DNA of 64,000 nucleotides. It comes from Octopus vulgaris. Lineage: Eukaryota. Under the pieces are notes generated by a model. That model was not told the origin of the DNA, did no database searches, and was given only the letters and a program-made list of their open reading frames with translations. The stretch is from assembly GCA_951406725.2 (NCBI GenBank), contig OX597822.1, positions 434,001 to 498,000 of the forward strand, in the 5' to 3' direction. Of the stretch, positions 1 to 14,804 are shown piece after piece (position 1 is the first letter of the stretch; every line of letters starts with the position of its first letter). The translations under genes and the position numbers were made by a program.

Positions 1-359
1 TCATTTCCCTTGCTCCCATGGGTATAATTCGTAGAAGGATACTAACCCCACGACCCAATATGTTATGTGAGAATCACCGTTTAATCCAGCTTATTACTGC
101 CTCTTATTTTATCTTGAGAAATAACAGAAGTCGATTGAATCCATCGTTTTACTTTTAGGTCAACTCGGTCATTGTCAAAATTAGCATTAATTAGCATCAA
201 TTAGCATAAGTGTATTTTCCCAGGGTCAAGGTTATACTAAGTCAAATAAATAAGATCAGGAAGAAGTAAAAAATCTCATTGGTTTTAAAATTTCATTCTG
301 TTTCGTTGCTCAGCATTTTATATTTCATATTCTCCATTCATTAGTCATAGAGTTGTTGT

Positions 360-560
360 TGTTGATTAATCACAGGTTAGCCCTGACTGAGTAAATGTAT
401 GACTGCAAAAGCGTTCTGGCCATGGCCATCCTATCTTTTTACCGATATTGCATATCCTGAATTACATTATTTCAAGATTGTGTGTGTGTGTGTGTGTGTG
501 TGAGATTTGAAGGAATTTACCTGCTATTTTTGGCAGATCAATCAACCATAAATACGCTCT
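360..560 (+). repeat. Degenerate dispersed repeat (SINE-like family); related copies at ~13620-13735 (-), 38365-38470, 40120-40305, 42700-42770 (-)
   Basis: Shared blocks such as ttagccc..tcagccctga, gacctatgatcaaag.cattcca.ccatgacc and gagatttggctg.tat.tctagca recur at these positions; aligned by eye. Confidence 0.55.
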
Positions 561-1009
561 CTAATTACTTCACTCATAGTATTGTAATATATCTAAATTA
601 GCTTGGTAGTAACTGTGCTAACTGTAGAACTTCTTTTCAACGCATAAGTACAAATAGTTATACTCAGAATATATTTAGTTATACTCACAGTAGGGCTCAA
701 AATCAACATAGCTCGTCAATTACATAGTACCCCCACTGCCTACACTAGCAAGTTATACCTACTCCTGCTATCAATTTAATGGATTGACCTATTTGGGAGT
801 TAAGTACCTTCCTTATATTTTAATCAAGAGGGAAGGCAGTGCTCATGACACTTTACAAGGCTCCGAAACTAAAGGAAAGGAGGGGGAAATGTATCCTCAA
901 ACCAGACACTTGATCTGAATGCTTGCAGCAGAACGAAATCTGCCAATGGCACCTAAAGTGCTAGATGTTAAAAAAAAAAAGAAATAGACGATAGATTGAG
1001 CCGATGACC

Positions 1010-1170
1010 CATGTAGGTCATATCAAGATTTGAACTCACAACGCAAAGAATCGGAAGAAATACCTCAAGGCATCTGATTTTGCTTTCTGCCACTTTACCA
1101 CCCGGACTGATAGATTTTTATCGTCTCTCAAAGGAAGACAGGTAAACTTAACCTCGACAGGATTTGAACG
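1010..1170 (-). mobile_element. Degenerate SINE fragments, family D
   Basis: Reverse complement resembles gttctgagttcaaat..gaggtcgactttgcctttcatcctttcg of the intact copy at 37975-38208. Confidence 0.5.
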
Positions 1171-1411
1171 CGTTTCAATAAAGTTTTGTTTCAAGCAATA
1201 AAGTTCATTGATTCCCAGTCTGCGTGTCTAGACCCTCACAGACACGTGATCAGGATGGGAAATAAACTTGGCTTCTGTGTTGCCTATTTTATAGGAGTTG
1301 AATTTATGTAGACTTCATCGAAAAAATTGGACCGTTAGGTTTTCACGTTATCGGTTACGTGTTCATTTATTTTATACTTGTGAAATTTACATTGACGTAG
1401 TTTTACCGCCA

Positions 1412-1542
<131 letters not shown>

Positions 1543-1546
1543 ATAA

Positions 1547-1912
<366 letters not shown>

Positions 1913-2388
1913 TATGATGGTAAAGATACGTCAATGTAAATTTGACAACTACAAAACAAAAAGAACAAGATAATTACCCCGATAATTAATCATGCGAACA
2001 AATGGATATGATACCATTCGCACACATTCTAAGTCCAATAGTTTAGAGGTAATGTATGTTTAATTTAAATGGTAATTGTCAATTTTATTAATTGCATCAA
2101 TTTTAGAAGATTCTTTTTCTCTCCATCTATTTGATATCCCTTTTATTTTTTATTTTTAATTATTTTCATACATTCATTCCTTTACTTTTCTCTGTTTTAT
2201 TTTCATTAAATTTTTGTTGTTGTTTTTGTTTCGCTTTGGTTTTCAATTTTAATTTGGGTTTATCTCCACTTAACTCTCCTGTAATTTACTCTACCACCCT
2301 ATTTAAGAATCATATCTTAACCTTCCGATATCACTGTGTCAGTGATATCCGGTCCTATAATTTAAGGTACGAGTAGTCTTAGTTTTAT

Positions 2389-2808
2389 TCTTTACTCTTT
2401 ACTCTTTTATTCGTTTCAGTCATTTGACTGCGGCCATGCTGGAGCACCGCCTTTAGTCGAGCAAATCGATCCCAGGACTTATTTTTGGTAAGCCTAGTAC
2501 TTATTCTATCGGTCTCTTTTGCCGAACCGCTAAGTTACGGGAACGTAAACACACCGACATCGATTGTCAAGGATGTTGGGGGGACAAACATAGACACACA
2601 AACATATACACACACATACATATATATATACATATATATATATACGACGGGCTTCTTTCAGTTTCCGTCTACCAAATCCACTCACAAGGCTTTGGTCGGT
2701 CCGAGGCTATAGTAAAAGACACTTACCTAAGGTGCCACGCAGTGGGACTGAACCCGGAACCATGTGGTTGGTAAGCAAGCTACTTACCACACAGCCACTC
2801 CTGCGCCT
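2389..2808 (-). mobile_element. Full-length tRNA-derived SINE, family A
   Basis: Minus strand starts aggcgcaggagtggctgtgtggtaag (A box), has ggttcagtccc (B box), an internal (TA/TG) tract and a (gagtaaaa)n tail; near-identical copies at 12829-13240 and 51258-51664. Confidence 0.9.
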
Positions 2809-3190
2809 ATTGTTTAATTAGCTGTTATAGTTTATTTCTAAACCTTGATTTCTAGTTCTATGAATTCCAGGTAATTAAGTAGATAGATGTTGATGCTTGA
2901 GGCATAACATAATTAGCAGCACCATAGCTGCCTTTTAGTTTCTACACTTCCTCCCTCACACACTGTCCCAAACTATAGTAGCCGACGTCAAAATCCTGCT
3001 ATCGGCCATAAAGAGGTTGAAGGGTATCAAATTTCTTTACAGGGTGTCAATACTATTCACATGTAGCAAAAAAGAACAACAGCTTAAGGTTGATGGCTAG
3101 AAGCAGGCGGCCTAATTTTGTATAAAATCTACACTGACCAAATTCCTTCCTCTTTCTTTTCTTCTTTTTCTTTGACAGCTGATTTGTTTT

Positions 3191-3286
3191 GGCTCTGAAG
3201 ACGATAGCATTCCAAAGATAGTTCTCCATATGCTTTCAGTCAAACAATGAACGCACCCAAATGCATATCTGAAACAGCTGTAAGCC
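3191..3286 (+). ncRNA. Type I hammerhead ribozyme (Penelope-type)
   Basis: ggct-CTGAAGA-stem II (gatagcatt/aatgcatatc, long loop)-GAAAC agct GTA-agcc; stem I ggct/agcc, palindromic stem III ACAGCTGT, GUA cleavage triplet. Confidence 0.75.
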
Positions 3287-3367
3287 TTTAATAAATAAAT
3301 AGATGTATATAACCCTTTATGTCTGTCTATTATTTTATATATTCATACATACATACATACATACATA

Positions 3368-3411
<44 letters not shown>

Positions 3412-3569
3412 TAAATATTAGGGAATAAATCCAAACTTACAGGGAAAAAAATCAGATTTAGGATTGAATCCAATTTTATAGTAAAATATTATATTATATT
3501 AAATTATATTAAATTATATTATATTTCATTGTTTGATTTGCCTAATAGTGGTTTTGTCTTTGTCTCTAA

Positions 3570-4043
<474 letters not shown>

Positions 4044-4137
<94 letters not shown>

Positions 4138-4305
4138 GTGTATATATATATATATATATGTATGTATATATACATATATATATACATATATATATATGTA
4201 TATATATATGTATATATATATATGTATATATATATGTATATATGTATATATGTATATATGTATGTGTGTGTGTGTGTATGCGTGCGCGTGTGTGCGTGTG
4301 TGTAT
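4044..4305. repeat. Compound (TA)n/(CA)n/(TATG)n/(TG)n microsatellite
   Basis: Direct reading. Confidence 0.95.
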
Positions 4306-4868
4306 AATATCATTCAAAATGAAAGCAATTACCATCTTTTTTGCTTGACGCCTTGAAAACTGTGGAAATTATTTTCACATGAAACTACTGGATTATTAGT
4401 AGCATTATTAATCTACAAATAAAGAATATTTTCCCACCATTTCTGGTGTCGAGCCCTTATTCTCATTGCTTGATATATCATATATGCATAAATACATACA
4501 TACATACATACAAAATTCGCCAGAAATGTATACACACTTCAGGGAAAGAGAAACTTGTAGAAATATTTTAATACTAAATTTATTGATTTAACGGGATTCA
4601 TACAAGTTACCTTTAACCTTTTTTTCCCTTGTTGGCTTTCTTCTACGTGCATACCATTTAAAAAGCATAACTCTAAAAAAAAGTTTCAGAAATGTTTTCA
4701 TTTTCAAAATACCGTAATTTTTACATTTGGTAATATGTGATATTGAAAAGTTAGGTTGCTTCGATCAACTGTTGACGTATGACATCGTCAATGGGCATTA
4801 TTTTGAGAATAAAAGAATTCGAAATATTCTTATGATTTCTTGATTTTATTGTGAGCAACGGTGACGAA

Positions 4869-6235
4869 ATGGTAGAGGTACAGTTTTCGTTTAAGGAACG
4901 TAAAATCTTTTTAAAGAGGTATTTCACATTTGAGAATTTTGTTGAAGTGCAACGTCAATAGAGGCGTGTGTTTGGAGCAGAACCTCTAACACACCTGACA
5001 GTTTCACGGATTCGTGATAAGTTCGAAATACATGGTACCGTGTGCAATGTGCAGACCTCGTACAATAATATGTGCTGCTTCCTCAGTTATGGTGTTAGAA
5101 CATTTCATACATTCACTACAGAAAGCACAGTGAGTACGCGAGATAGGAATAAGCAGTACAAGCATACGGCACATTCTTAAAAGAACTAAGTGGAACATTT
5201 TTCAGCCAAAGATTATTACATTATAATGAGATCCTGATCGAAGAATCGAGTTTTATGAGTGGTTTCAAAACAGTAAGCGAGGAAGAAGAGCATGTGAGAA
5301 CGGTTGTGTGGTCTGATGAAGCACAATTTAAGTTAAATGGAACCATGAACCGACATAATTGTGTTTACTAGGCACCAGAAAATCCTTGCCTGCCAGATAA
5401 TGTCTGGTGTGGAGTATCATCGTAAAGCATAATAGGTCCATTTTTCTTTGAAGGTACTGTCACTGGTCAAGCATACATAGAAGTGTTAAAAAAGTAAAGA
5501 CTCCTTCGATCATGAATGACCATGGGATTGAACCTAGAAAGTTCCCCTTCCGAGGCACACGTTCGGGCAAAGTTGTTTTATGGAAGACCAGCAGTCACCT
5601 ATATATACCAGCCTCCTCTTTCCACGCCGCCGATGTTATCCAAGGGAAAGACAAAGGGGCCGACACAGCTCGGCACCAGTGACGTCGAAGCTCATTTCTA
5701 CAACTGAATGAACTGGAGCAATGGGAAATAAAGTGTCTTGCTCAAGAGCACAACGCACGGCCCGGTCTGGGAATCGAACTCACTACCTCGTAATTGTGAG
5801 CCCGATGCTCTAACCACTGAGCCATGTGTTTTCACATAGAAATGCTACGCACGTTCATTTTACCTGCCATACATGTTCTTTAGGGAAACGATGAAGTTTT
5901 TTTTTTCAACACGGCAGCGCACCGCCACACCACTGCCGAGACGTGTAAGCTTGCCTGGATGGGAATATGCAAGGACACTCGATAGGACGAAGAAGTGCAG
6001 TTGAGTAACGCGCACGTTCTACTGATTTAAGGCCTGCAGAATTTCACTTATTGGGCACCGTATAGGATGTTGTGTATTGCAGAAAACCGGCGGCACTTAC
6101 AGTCTTTCGGGAAGAAGTTGAAATAGTATGTATAGCAATCCCACTGGATACTTTGGCCAACGCTACTCAAGCAGCAGTTCATCATGCTAATAAGTGTCTG
6201 TAAGATAAGGGTCTACACTTGTAGACCCTTATCTT
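4869..6235 (+). pseudogene. Transposase pseudogene (DUF4817-type HTH plus DDD domain; probably rosa/DD41D-like)
   Basis: MVEVQFSFKERK..VQRQ*RRVFGAEP..IRDKFEIHGTV; [27 protein letters not shown]; IGPFFFEGTVTG; FQxxxAPPH; many stops and frameshifts; interrupted by a SINE. Confidence 0.8.
5496..5835 (-). mobile_element. tRNA-derived SINE, family C, inserted in the transposase
   Basis: A box tggctcagtggttaga, B box agttcgattcc, cttgagcaagacacttt core; approximate TSD acatagaa(g/a)tg(t/c)ta; sibling at 6376-6713. Confidence 0.88.
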
Positions 6236-6375
6236 GTGATTGTAGAGGTGAAAGGTAACTTGTATTGATTCTGTTATATCTGAATAAATTTAGAATTGAA
6301 ATAGTTATACAGGTTTTTCTTTTCTTGAAGTGTGTATGCATTTTCTTGGCAGAATGTAGATACATACATACATGC

Positions 6376-6713
6376 TGAAACCCCCTTCGGCGATGACTGA
6401 CCATGGGATTGCACCTAGAAAGTTACCCTCCCAGGCACAAGTCCGGGCAAGGTTGTTTATGGAAGACCAGCAGTCGCCCATGCATACCGGCCTCTTCTCT
6501 CAACACCACCGATTTTATGTAAGGGAAAAGCAAAGGAGCCGATACAGCTTGGCACCGGTGACGTCGCATCTCATTTCTACAGATGAGTGGACTGGAGCAA
6601 CGTGAAATAAAGTGTCTTGCTCAAGAACAGAATACGCAGCCCGGTCCGGGATCCGAACTCACACCCACGCGATCGTAAGCTCGATGCTCTAACCACTGAG
6701 CCATGCACCTTCA
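6376..6713 (-). mobile_element. tRNA-derived SINE, family C
   Basis: Colinear with 5496-5835; lies within (CATA)n. Confidence 0.88.
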
Positions 6714-6786
6714 CATACATACATACATACATACATACATACATACATACATACATACATACATACATACATACATACATGCATAC

Positions 6787-7058
6787 AAATAAGATGATAA
6801 TTTATTTTCGAATGTGGAGACGCCGTTAGAACACGTGGTTGCACATTTAATTTTAAAAACGTCTAAAAAGGAGGATTGAATTGTCGGTGGACAGTTTAGT
6901 TTATTGGTAAATCTCTTGGCCGTGGTCTTCAAGATATATGGGTTCGAGTGTCATAGCTGTTTGTTGATAATTTTTTCCCCCGCTTTGTAAGGATAATTTA
7001 CGCAATGTTTCTGCAGTTCTAACGGTGTCTCTGCGTTCGAAAATAAATGATATTATTT
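6787..7058. mobile_element. MITE-like element with ~45-bp TIRs enclosing a tRNA-like sequence
   Basis: atttattttcgaatgtggagacgccgttagaac versus gttctaacggtgtctctgcgttcgaaaataaat; internal tagtttattggtaaa..gggttcgagtgtc. Confidence 0.55.
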
Positions 7059-7662
7059 GTATCTATTTACATATTTCGGCGTTTATATATATATATATAT
7101 ATATATATGTGTTTTTTCGTCATAACAGTTTAGAAAAATTGAGAGAACGAACGGCTTACAGTTCTCGCTGGCAAGAACAAAGCTTCTAAAATGGATAGCT
7201 TTGGTCCAATGGTAGAACGTCTTTCATGTTTACAGAAGTTTTGGGTTCGTGTCTCACGAGTAACCCTGACTATTTTTTATCACAAAGGGCATTTTTGACC
7301 CAATATTTACATGCTTTATCTTTATTAGCTTTATCTTCTTGGACAACTACAGTAAGAAACGAATCGTATGTACGTATGAGTAAGGAGGAGAGGAATGTCA
7401 ACATTAATCTCCTATCAATCCTATTACTCAATCTGTCATAAGGTTATTAATAAGAAATCTGGAGCATATTGCTGCATGCCTGCGTATGTAGGTGTGCACA
7501 CTCACACATATATCGACACATATACATATACAGATAAATGTATACATACCCTACACGCACATATATATGTATACACACAGACACACACGCGCACGCAGAC
7601 ACACTCACACAGACATACACACACACACAGAGAAACACACACATATATGTATCCATGTATTA

Positions 7663-7986
7663 GAAGGCGTGTGGCTTAGTGGTAAGTGTATTCGACTCAT
7701 GGTCGTAAGGACGTGTGTTCTATTCCCAGTTGTGGATTGTGTCATTGAGTAAACTACTTTATTTTACGTTGTCTTCAGTCCACTCAGCTGGCAAAAATGA
7801 GCTGTACCCGCCTTTCTAAAAGGCCATCCTTGTTACATTCAGTGTCACACAGAATATCTCTGAGGACTACGTTTAGAGTACACATGTCTTTGGAGTACTC
7901 AGCCACTTGCACGTTAATTTCGCGAGTAGACTTCTGTTGATCGGATCATTTGGAACCATCGTCATCGTAACCGACGGAGAGTCCGA
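7663..7986 (+). mobile_element. tRNA-derived SINE, family B
   Basis: gaaggcgtgtggcttagtggtaag head; body matches 12598-12830 plus 13248-13330. Confidence 0.85.
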
Positions 7987-8212
7987 TATGAATTTATGTA
8001 TACATATATACATAAACATATATATGTATGCGTGTCTGTATAAGTATGTGTGTATGTAGCTAACATATATATATATATTATATCTATCTAGTGACATAGT
8101 TTTCTTATATACGTCATGAAATACTTGATTATGCATGGACATCAATTTTGATTTACATGCACGTACATAAACAGCCAGAACGTGTATGCGTATATATATA
8201 TAAATGCACATA

Positions 8213-8280
<68 letters not shown>

Positions 8281-9384
8281 GTGTGTACACTTTTAATCAT
8301 ATTTAGCGATGTTTGGCGTATATAGTGTCATATATTCACAAATGTATTTTTGATTTCGCTAGCAGTTGGTTATCAAACCGATTGGGATAGGGTTATCTCT
8401 GACCTTTCTACCACCAGCAAAAGTAGTTTATGAAAACTGTGGATATATAATCTTTGTAGTCGTTTGATTTTTATCCAAAAATCAATTTTCTCCCACGTAA
8501 GAGTGCTCAGAACACTGTCTACTAACAGAGCAATGGAAAATAATCTCGCTCTCCTTTTCTGTTTTTCTTTCTTTTTCATTCGGTCTTTCTGTCTGTCTGT
8601 CTCTCTTTCTTTCCTGGTGGCTGTCTCTCTCTTCCTACCTCTCTCAAATGCATCATGAATCATGACGAATGAACAGATTTTTTTCGCTCATATCTGGAGA
8701 TCTATGGTCATGCAAATGAAACACAATGTATGTTTGCTGTGTCTCTCAGTTAGTGAATATGCCATTTAGCAAGCAATGCGGGAAATGACATCAACAACAC
8801 CACGGAAGAACAAAGAAAACAACAATGAAAAGAGGAAAACAAAAATAAGTAAAAGACAGCATAAATAAAAGAAGCCGAAAAATATAAAAGACATCACAAA
8901 GAGGCTTAGAGATTATTCCTGATTTCTTTATGGCCATAAAGTGTTATATCGTAACTCTTCTTTCAAAAGAGGCGAATTTGTACAGCTTAGACGTCCGGTC
9001 ATTTATATGGGTGTCGCTTTCGCTGAGCAAGTCTGCAAGCTATACTGCCTACCAGCCTACAAGCCGACCAGCTTACCAGGCAGGAAATCTCGCATAAGAA
9101 TGGTAGAAATGGAACCAACGTTATTTCAATACAAGTGCATGATTTTAAGATACACACCTCTTTGAAGATCTTCAAAAAGATGTTATTATCATTCTTTTTT
9201 AAAATATTTATACGTAGTGTTAGATTTGCACGCACAGACGTTACAACGTTGACATCAAGAGTGAGGTCAGTCCAAGATTTTGATCGTATTGATAGAGAAA
9301 CGATGGAGAGAAATAAATAAATAAATAAAATGCTTGGAAGGTTGATGGACAAAGGAAGTAATTATTTCAGGGAAAGACAGCCAT

Positions 9385-9424
9385 GCATACGTACATACAT
9401 ACATACATACATACATACATACAT

Positions 9425-9457
<33 letters not shown>

Positions 9458-9533
9458 TGTATATTCAAAACGTAGAAATATCTAAAGAGCAGTCACATAT
9501 ATGGTGTTGGTACATGAACATATATATTTATGC

Positions 9534-9606
<73 letters not shown>

Positions 9607-9607
9607 C

Positions 9608-9646
<39 letters not shown>

Positions 9647-10385
9647 GAGAGAGGGAGAGAGAGAGAGAGAGCAAAGTGAAATTATACATCCAAAGCAAAC
9701 ACACACAGAAACACATACAGATATACAAAATCACACACACACACACACAAGCAATGCAAACCTCTGACGCAAACACACACACACACACGCACAAACACAA
9801 TACCCCCACACTAGAGCACCGACCCACACACATTCCAAGAAAAAACACATACATATATACACTTGTAATATGATTCTAGCAACCATAACCAACACTCACA
9901 CACACATATACACATATGTAAACACGTACATGCACACACCTACACACACCACTCCGAAACTACAAATCCTATTCACACAAACACACCCACACATACACAG
10001 ATACACAAACACACACGCAACTACAACACAGCCCACATAAACACATAAGCATTTATGCACACAATACGCCCGTACCCCAGTAATAAAACGACACACTGAA
10101 AAGAAGAAGACACACAATGCAATCGCAACAACCACAACAAATACTCACAAACACACATACACACAAGCATGCACACACACAATGACACACACACAAACAC
10201 ACTCACACAAACACACCCACACATATACACACACTGCACTAACAGTACAGACAAAACAAATCACTCACAAATGCAGCACACACACATGTGCACACACACA
10301 CATGTGCACACACACACATGTGCACACACACACTCACATGTGCGCGCGCACACATACACACACCCGGAAACTACATAAACCATAC

Positions 10386-10430
<45 letters not shown>

Positions 10431-11233
10431 AACGCATACCCAATACCAACACACACAAAACGCATATGCACACACATACACACCACCCAGATAAACCCAA
10501 CATACATGGACACACAAAACCCCTGATAAATACAACACATTTACACGCACATACACATTCACACATACACACACACATACATATGCACCTTCACACACAC
10601 ATACAGTTGCTCACATACACATACACACCACAAGGACAACTAAAACACAAACTCAGAGACACACACACACTCATGTACACACACATTCACGTACACACAT
10701 ATAACATCCCCACCAACACAAAAAACACACAAACATACACGCGCGCACACACAGACGCACACATACATACACGCGAACAAACACATATACACACACACAA
10801 CACCATGACAAATACCAATCACACACAAATACACACACACACTCAACATCAGGGCAATCATAACAATACAAAAAAACTCAGACAGAGACTCACACACACA
10901 CTCATGTACACACATACTCACATACACACACATAACATCCCCACCAACACAAAAAAACACACAAGCATACACACGCATCCACAGACGCACACATACACAG
11001 ACGCGAACAAACACATACACACACTTGAGCACACACAACACCCTAACAAATATTAATCACACACAAACGTGCACACATACACACATACCATCCTACCAAA
11101 TATAAAACACACACAGACACATTTACATACACCACAATAAACTCTGGGACCAATCAAAAACGGCTCCATATACACAAACACACACCATTCTGACCTCTAA
11201 GGCCAGTCCCCCAAACCACTGAACCATGAAAGA

Positions 11234-11282
<49 letters not shown>
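9385..11282. repeat. Long CA-rich low-complexity tract with (CATA)n, (ATCT)n, (TA)n and an internal ~235-bp tandem duplication (~10630-11080)
   Basis: actcatgtacacaca..ataacatccccaccaacacaaaaaa..cgcgaacaaacacata occurs twice. Confidence 0.85.
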
Positions 11283-11504
11283 CGCATACCTATATGCGAT
11301 GGTTTTGTTAAACAGTTTCGATTTTTACAATTCTGTAAATAATAATTGTATTTTATAACCTTAAAGCCTACAGTATTGATGAGAAGTAGCCCGAGGGCTA
11401 TAAACAATATCGAATATACTTACCTTGAGTATGTGTGTCTGATATTGTATATATATAAAGAAGTGTGATTGTATATGTATGTATATGCATAAACAACTAC
11501 CTAG

Positions 11505-12025
11505 ACTCCGTTATGGAGCAAAACAAGCGGACTGTAGCCAAGAAATCAGAGCAATACTCAATGTTGCAAGATTGTCTCTGAGGTCACTTAGAACAATATA
11601 GAGAAACTGCGTCTGCAGCAACGGTATCAAAGCCGAAGCTTTAGGAACCCTGCTTTGGCCAGTAGTGCTGTGTAAGTTTGAAGCATGGACCCTAAGGGTG
11701 ACTGATATTAAGCAACCGAAGGCGTTCGAGAGAAACTGCTGCATGCGGGTGCTACGGGTAGGTTCGTTGAACAGTAGAACAACCAGCTCAGGGCTGGGAG
11801 AGATGGGAACAGAACATTTTGGCTATGTTATTAGGGTTCAAAACCTCCCTACACACATACTTGGAGGCTGGGTGGATAAGAAACAGGATCATAGATGACG
11901 AAAATGGAATGGTGACATCAAGAACTGGACGGACAGGACCACAGTGGAGGATATAGTTGTAGTAGCAGACCATAGTGTGCAGTGAGGTCCATGACCTTTA
12001 GGCACGAGGACAGTGTAATCAATGA
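11505..12025 (+). mobile_element. RTE-clade LINE 3' fragment, decayed
   Basis: DCSQEIRAILNVAR..LLWPVVLCKFEAWTLRVTDIKQPKAFERNCCMRVLRV..FGYVIR resembles the RTE C-terminal region (YGCETWTL..AFExWCxRRILR..FGHI). Confidence 0.75.
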
Positions 12026-12239
12026 ACTGTTTAGGTGTGTGTGCGTGTGTATGTATGTGCATGTGTGTGTGTGTGCGTGCGATTTTTCTATCTTTTGTGT
12101 TGGAAAAATATAAAAGTGCTCAATACGACCTCGCGTAAAAAGTGTAAAATCTGAAACACGCTTATATATGAAGTGTCCAGGGATTATCCGAACCCTTACA
12201 CCCTTACACACACACATACACACACACACACACACACCC

Positions 12240-12313
<74 letters not shown>

Positions 12314-12597
12314 GCTGAATGTGAGAAGTTGTAAAGTATGGATTAAAGTTGAATACTGGGCGTTGATACAGTGATGCAGTTTAATAGTTTACAACTGAAC
12401 TAACGCAGAGAACGTCGAAGCGGATATAAAAATGATGAGAGAGGAAACACAGTAATACGATGGAGATTAATGATTGTAAAAGATTTGTGAATAAAGAATT
12501 GTCAGAATTATCAGCTGGATATTCTTTTTCGCAGTGAAGACTGTGTGGTTTATAATTTTCACAACTGAATTTATTATTGCTGCGAAGATAACAATTA

Positions 12598-12998
12598 TGA
12601 AGGTGTGTGGCTTAGTGGTTAGGGTATTCAGCTCTTGGCCGTAAGGTCGCGAGTTCGATTCCCGGTGGCGCGTTATGTCTTTGCGCAAGACACTTTATTT
12701 CACGTTGTGCCAGTTCACTAGGCTGTAGAAATAAGTTGTACTTGGATTTCAAAGGGTCAGCCTTGTCATACTGAACCACCTTGTGAATTACGTTAAGGGT
12801 ACACGTGTCTGTGGAGTGTTCAGCCACTTACTCCTTTACTCTTTTACTTGTTCCCGTCATTTGACTGCGGCCATGGTCGAGCAAATCGACCCCAGGACTT
12901 ATTCTTTGGAAGCCTAGTACATATTCTATCGGTCTCTTATGCCGAACCGCTAAGTTACGGGGACGTAAACACACCAGCATCGGTTGTCAAGCGATGTT

Positions 12999-13051
<53 letters not shown>

Positions 13052-13330
13052 TATACACACATACATATACATATATATGATGGGCTTCTTTCAGTTTCCG
13101 TCTACCAAATCCACTCACAAGGCTTTGGTCAGGCCGGGGCTATAGTAGAAGACACTTGCCCAAGGTGCCACGCAGTGAGACTGAACCTGGGACCATGGGG
13201 TTCGTAAGCAAGCTACTTACCACACAGCCACTCCTACGCCCGTTAATTTGCACGTTAATTTCACGAGCAGGCTGTTCCGTTGATCAGATATGCTGGAATC
13301 TTTGTCGACGTAACCGACGGCGTGACAGTT
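12598..13330 (+). mobile_element. SINE family B interrupted by a family A SINE
   Basis: 5' part ends cagccactt at ~12829 and resumes tgcacgttaatttcacgagcagg at ~13248. Confidence 0.85.
12829..13240 (-). mobile_element. SINE family A (nested)
   Basis: Colinear with 2389-2808. Confidence 0.9.
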
Positions 13331-13350
13331 AGTTTATAATAATTATGATT

Positions 13351-13537
13351 AAGGTGGTGAGCTGGCAGAATCGTTAGCATGCCGGACTAAATGTTGCTAA
13401 GCATTTAGTCCGTCTTTAGGTTCTGAGTTCAAATTCCACCGAGGTCGACTTTGTCGTTTATCCTTTCGTTCTAGTCGGGCCCTGAAGTCGATGTAATCGA
13501 CTAGCCCCATCCCTGGCCTTGTGCCAAAATTTGAAAT
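13351..13537 (+). mobile_element. SINE family D
   Basis: aaggtggtgagctggcagaatcgttagc..gttctgagttcaaattccaccgaggtcgacttt. Confidence 0.85.
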
Positions 13538-14529
13538 CTATATAATAATTATGACTAAATGAAGAAAAATTACGCTAAAAGTATCAACCAAAACATTACA
13601 GCCTGCTGTCTTTATATAAGGGACACATTGGATAATGTAGCCCGGGGCTTGAGATAAAATCGGACTGTCACGGCTGGAATGGCTTTGATCATAGGCCTAA
13701 TCAATGAGAGAGGACTTAGGACTAATCAACAGCATATCGTTATTGCAATCGTGTCCTTTTTCCTCCTCCTCCTCCTCTTCCTCCTTTGTCCCCATCACTG
13801 TCGTGGTGGTGGTGGTGGTGGTGGTGGCGGCGGCGGCGGCGACGACCACCACCACCAATCTGCCGCCGCCACCACCACCACCACCACCACGACAGTAACT
13901 TCAACTATAACAACAACCATGTTAACGCATGTTTGCTTTTATTTTGTTGTTTACCGTTGAAGGTCATGTCTGTTTTTTTTTCACCCTCTGTTAAAGATCT
14001 CTTTGTTAATTGCATACGTATGAATAAAAAAGGCCACGCCTGCATTTGTGGCTATCATCCATTATCCACGAATTGAATTATTTTGGATTACTATACTGTT
14101 ATATATCTATGACGTCAATACCGGATTATACAACCGTAACGAATTATTTTCTTTTTCTCTGCCTTTCAGCTTAAAAGCAGTTTCCATAAAGATTCTTTTA
14201 TTTATTTATTTAAATTATATTCCTTCTTCACCTTCTTCACGTCACCTCCTTTTCATCTCACCCCCCTCTCATTTGTTTTCCTTTCTTGTTTTGTCAATCA
14301 CTTTCTTTTTCGTTTCCTCTTTTTTCTTACTCTTATAAAAAACAAAAAAACAATAAAAAAACAAATACAAAAACGAAAACAAAACAAAGCAAAGAATCTA
14401 AATTCAAAAACCAGAAAGCAACATCGTACGACAAAGTCGCTTTTTTTTGCTTTCAAATTTTGTCATCTGTTATGATTGATAAACTGTATACAATCATGTT
14501 AGAGGGTCCGCCGTCGTTTTCTACGATGT

Positions 14530-14728
14530 GCACATACATACATACATACATACATACATACATACATTCATACGTACATACATGCATACATACATACATG
14601 CATACATACATACATGCATATAACTATCTATCTGTCTGTCTGTCTGTCGCTCTATCTGTATGTTTGTCTATCTATGTATGCGTATATATATATAAATATA
14701 ACATTTACAGATATATAAATATTATATA

Positions 14729-14804
<76 letters not shown>

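Larger units (their letters stand above)
4511..6356 (+). mobile_element. Tc1/mariner-superfamily DNA transposon with ~110-bp imperfect TIRs, decayed
   Basis: 4511-4619 matches the reverse complement of 6245-6356 (gcca.aaatg.atacacacttca..aaatttatt..atacaagttaccttt.acct); TA flanks. Confidence 0.85.

Noticed and set aside
11372-11420. Hammerhead-like TTGATGA..tagccc/gggcta..TAAAC
   Set aside because: Both core strands are mutated and stems I and III are unclear
14108-14118. TGACGTCA CRE palindromes (also ~20329)
   Set aside because: An 8-mer is expected by chance at about this frequency; no supporting context
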